64,000 nt of DNA from Laetmonice hystrix (Eukaryota), in the NCBI GenBank assembly GCA_965235115.1, contig OZ249437.1, forward strand, positions 46,004,001 through 46,068,000, in the 5' to 3' direction. The position numbers and the translations under genes are program-made. Of the stretch, positions 60,486 to 64,000 are shown piece by piece (the first letter of the stretch is position 1; each line of letters starts with the position of its first letter). The notes below the pieces were generated by a model. It made no database searches and was not told the origin of the DNA. It worked only from the letters and a program-made list of their open reading frames with translations.

Positions 60486-63400
60486 CTGGAACACATGAAA
60501 CAACGAAACACGATTAGGGTTTGGCTTGCTGGGCTGTCGTAGAGTAAAGATACATTTCCAGGGCACTGGCATGTTATACTAGAAACCTAATGTCGATATT
60601 CACACTAGGAAACGTACAAACATTGTTTCAGTTTATCTTCACAACAGGATATTATATGTACCATTCCATCGGCTATTTTGATGTTTTGACCCAGAAATGA
60701 TTATAAATGGGTCGGATTGATGTTGAAACCAAATGTTCAAAACTTGGCGAGGCAGAAATTGATCTGCCAATAACTGCTCCAGAATTAAAACTTAAAATCT
60801 GATATATTGCAAATTCTCAAGAAAAGGCGTTGCAGAAACACTCAGAAGTTATACATGTATACTTTAACTTCTCCCTGCCTATTTAATTTTACAGCCAAGT
60901 TAAAAAAAATCCTCAACGGTGGTGTTGGTGGTGGTGGGGGGGGGGGGGGGGTCGACAAATTCATGTTCACCGGAATTTCTAATAGAGGTCCTAGCTAACC
61001 GAGAGTTAGGTGATGGGCAGGGTCACTTGGTGCAGTACAAACGTCACAGTCGACCATGTGACTGGTGCCTGCTGTAGCAGTCACAAACCCAGGGGTGCTT
61101 CCTTCCCCAGTGAAGCCATCCCTCCCTGTCCTACCGCCGAGTGAATGATGTTGTTACAACAATGTGCCTGAGGTTTGTGTCACCTTGTTGACAGTGTCGT
61201 AGACGTACAACCCATCACAAAGGTCTATATCAACACTGGGCCCTGGAGCAAGGACCATTCACGATCCTTGCCTGGAGGCTGAGGGACAGGAGCCCAAGGG
61301 GACTGGGTGCCCTCGTCCTGCCAACGGCCTGTCCTCCCTCACCACCCGCTGGTCTGTCACCATTAGTGATAATATCGTCTGTTGTCATCGACACTTTCAC
61401 CACAAACAAAGTATCTCAATACAAGACCCCTCCCCCCCCCCCCCAAAAAAAAAGAAATCATTTGATTAACCATCATTAATCAAGTAATGACGTTTTGTCA
61501 TCTCAGCACTCCGTACTGTAATGTAACATGTTAGCCACGTGACATGACGGCCCTGTGATGACGGTTACCTGAGACCGGATACTACCAGTCCCCCACAATG
61601 CACCTGATGGCACCTTGACCTTGCCGACAAACCTGAACTTGCATCCATACCAAGCGCTGTCGGAACGCTCCGACCCGGACACCAACGTTAAGAATTACAT
61701 TCCAAACCACACAGAGCTTGCTGCGATCATATCATGCTGCTGAACAAATATGTAAACGACAGAAGCATGGGTTGACTTCAGCTTCTTGACCTTGACGTTA
61801 ACCCCACCGGTGTCCCTGACCCTTGACCTGACCTTGGTATTTACATAGCAGCATTCCAGGTTGATTTGTGGGCAACACTTCTGCAGTTGTCTACGAACTG
61901 GGGGCATATTGTGGTTCTGAAAATGGCCAATAGAGCTCAGGTTTCAAAAGTACTTTCCGTGTGTCACCAACCCAGACTGGACCTGTACAACAATTGGACA
62001 TCATCGCAATTTCCTTCACTCCCACCACTGAGTTGAAAGGGAGGAAGTCAGCTGTCAGGACGATTAAATACTGTATTCTCAGCCGATAATCTGGTTATAC
62101 GAGAGCCTAAATCTGACAATTTGCCATTCCTTGTCAGCTCTACCAGCGACAAGAGAATACTAGGACCTCAGCAATCGGACTGCATACTTACGGATTGGTA
62201 CGGGGGAGTTACACTGCAATGCGATAGTAAAGCTGGTAAAGGATTCCATATAGCAGTAGGGATTGCTTTGCAAGACTATACATGTCTGTAAACTCATTGT
62301 CCCTGTTCAACAACTCATGTGCTTTGTTTCATTCATTAAAAAAACATTGTAGCTCTAATAAAGACGTATCCTGCTTCAGGATATCAAATTATTATCTTTT
62401 TTAAGGTTATCTGCATACTTTATTGTCTAAACTGAGGTATTTAATTATTTTTATTAAATCAAGACAGTTCCACGAGGAGCCAGGAGTGCAGGATGAAGCT
62501 ATTCTTATGAGCATTCTTTCCCAGCCCTTATATGGACCGGGAAAGTTACATGTATGCATGTCTTCAAATAGCTCGTACCTGGGCCATAGCTAAGACAAAG
62601 GTATCTGTATGTCAACTCCCAAGTCAGCTAGTCTGTGATTCCAAACCCACACTTCTGTTTACTTGTGTTTCCATCACCTCACATAAACATTGCTAGGCCT
62701 GGCCATCCCATAGAGCCTCCCGAGCTGCCCTCATGGGGGCAGCACATGAAAGAGGGCTTTGTTACTGGGGAACAAAAGGCATGAGACACATGCCTGCCTG
62801 TCAGTGGCGGCAGCTGCTGCAAAGGAGGCACCATGGGCGAGCCCATCTTGGAGCCGTCGTACAGCAGCCGGACTGAGCCTCAACATCTCACGTCCTGACA
62901 AAGATTGCCTCTGTTTTCGTAATATATGCTGCTGGTATGTACTCCACTACGACAGCCTGCACAATACATTTACTTCACCAACACACGGAAACTATTACCA
63001 TTACTTTATCTGTCATCATCTACCAACTAAATTATACGGGGTGTAAAAAGAGCTATAGTTCACAAATATGACCGCTTTTACACATTGCATAATTTACAAA
63101 TATCAGTAATTTTACGCAATTTCATTTATTTTTCACAACAGCGTTCCCTCCCTCTCACACGACATTTTCTCACATCAAGGTTCTTTCATCTTTGTTAGGT
63201 GAAATTTTACTGACTTGACAGGACCACGTGAGATAAAGGAAAAACTGATGACTACATCAAAGAGACAGTGTGTGACTGCTGTATATCACCGCTTACTTTA
63301 CAATCTGGGTGTTGACAACTGTTTCGAATCGTACGTCACTTCCAGATATCTACAGCACAGAATTGGCACAGCTGCGATGGGATGACATCTCATCAGTTAC

Positions 63401-64000
63401 CTACAGCGCTGTTAATGTTAAGTTTATACTGAGACCCTATGTTTTAAATTCAAATTTTAATTAAAACATTGAAAAGTTCCTCCCGACTTTACATATTAAA
63501 GAGAATATATAGAAATTCCCTTGCAAAAAAGACACCCGTTTAAAAAGACTAGAGCAGACTTACAATAAAAGAAATGAGTGTAACGATTTCAGTCTAGATT
63601 GGTCACGGCCTTTCGTCCTCACCAGGCAGCCAGATCCTCGAAAGATCTGTGCAATAGTACTTTAGCACAACGCCTTTACTGTTCTAACTTGTTTAATTAT
63701 TTACGGAGACCAAATAAAGGAAGTCCTGCCGTCAGAGCCATGTAACCTTCAATCTCCTTGTGTATTTTCAGAAAGGGTGTCACCTTCGCCTGTGTCGGAG
63801 ATTTTGTCAGAAATGTTGCTCCCTGATAAACACTATAACATACATTTCCAGGCCTGCAGTAGTTGTTAGGCCTAAACAAAAAATTCCTACCCCCTACTGG
63901 CCTGTCAAAGACATCAAAGTAACAGACACGCTATTCTATTCCTATCATACTATACTCTATATCCTTCAAATAATTTAAAAAAAATTGAAATCTATAAAAA

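Overview
Eukaryotic, intron-rich bilaterian invertebrate DNA; the species cannot be determined from the sequence. Two genes lie on the minus strand. (1) A laminin alpha chain of the LAMA1/2 (Drosophila wing blister) class spans 4947-60485. I resolved 63 coding exons by hand (c1-c63, 9560 nt, about 3185 codons). All have GT donors and AG acceptors, and intron phases match throughout. Domain order is LN, LE, L4a, LE, L4b, LE, coiled coil, LG1-5. The signal-peptide exon was not found and probably lies beyond 64000. (2) An intronless CSGALNACT-type chondroitin GalNAc-transferase ORF lies at 227-1777. Introns hold about 10 minisatellites, several MITE-like elements and a tRNA-like SINE head. The most striking pattern is that 6 of the 10 minisatellites span or abut laminin splice sites. 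Three arrays repeat a real junction (11 donors, 9 acceptors, 3 donors), and every decoy copy would introduce an in-frame stop. No prokaryotic system, CRISPR array or intact autonomous transposon was seen.
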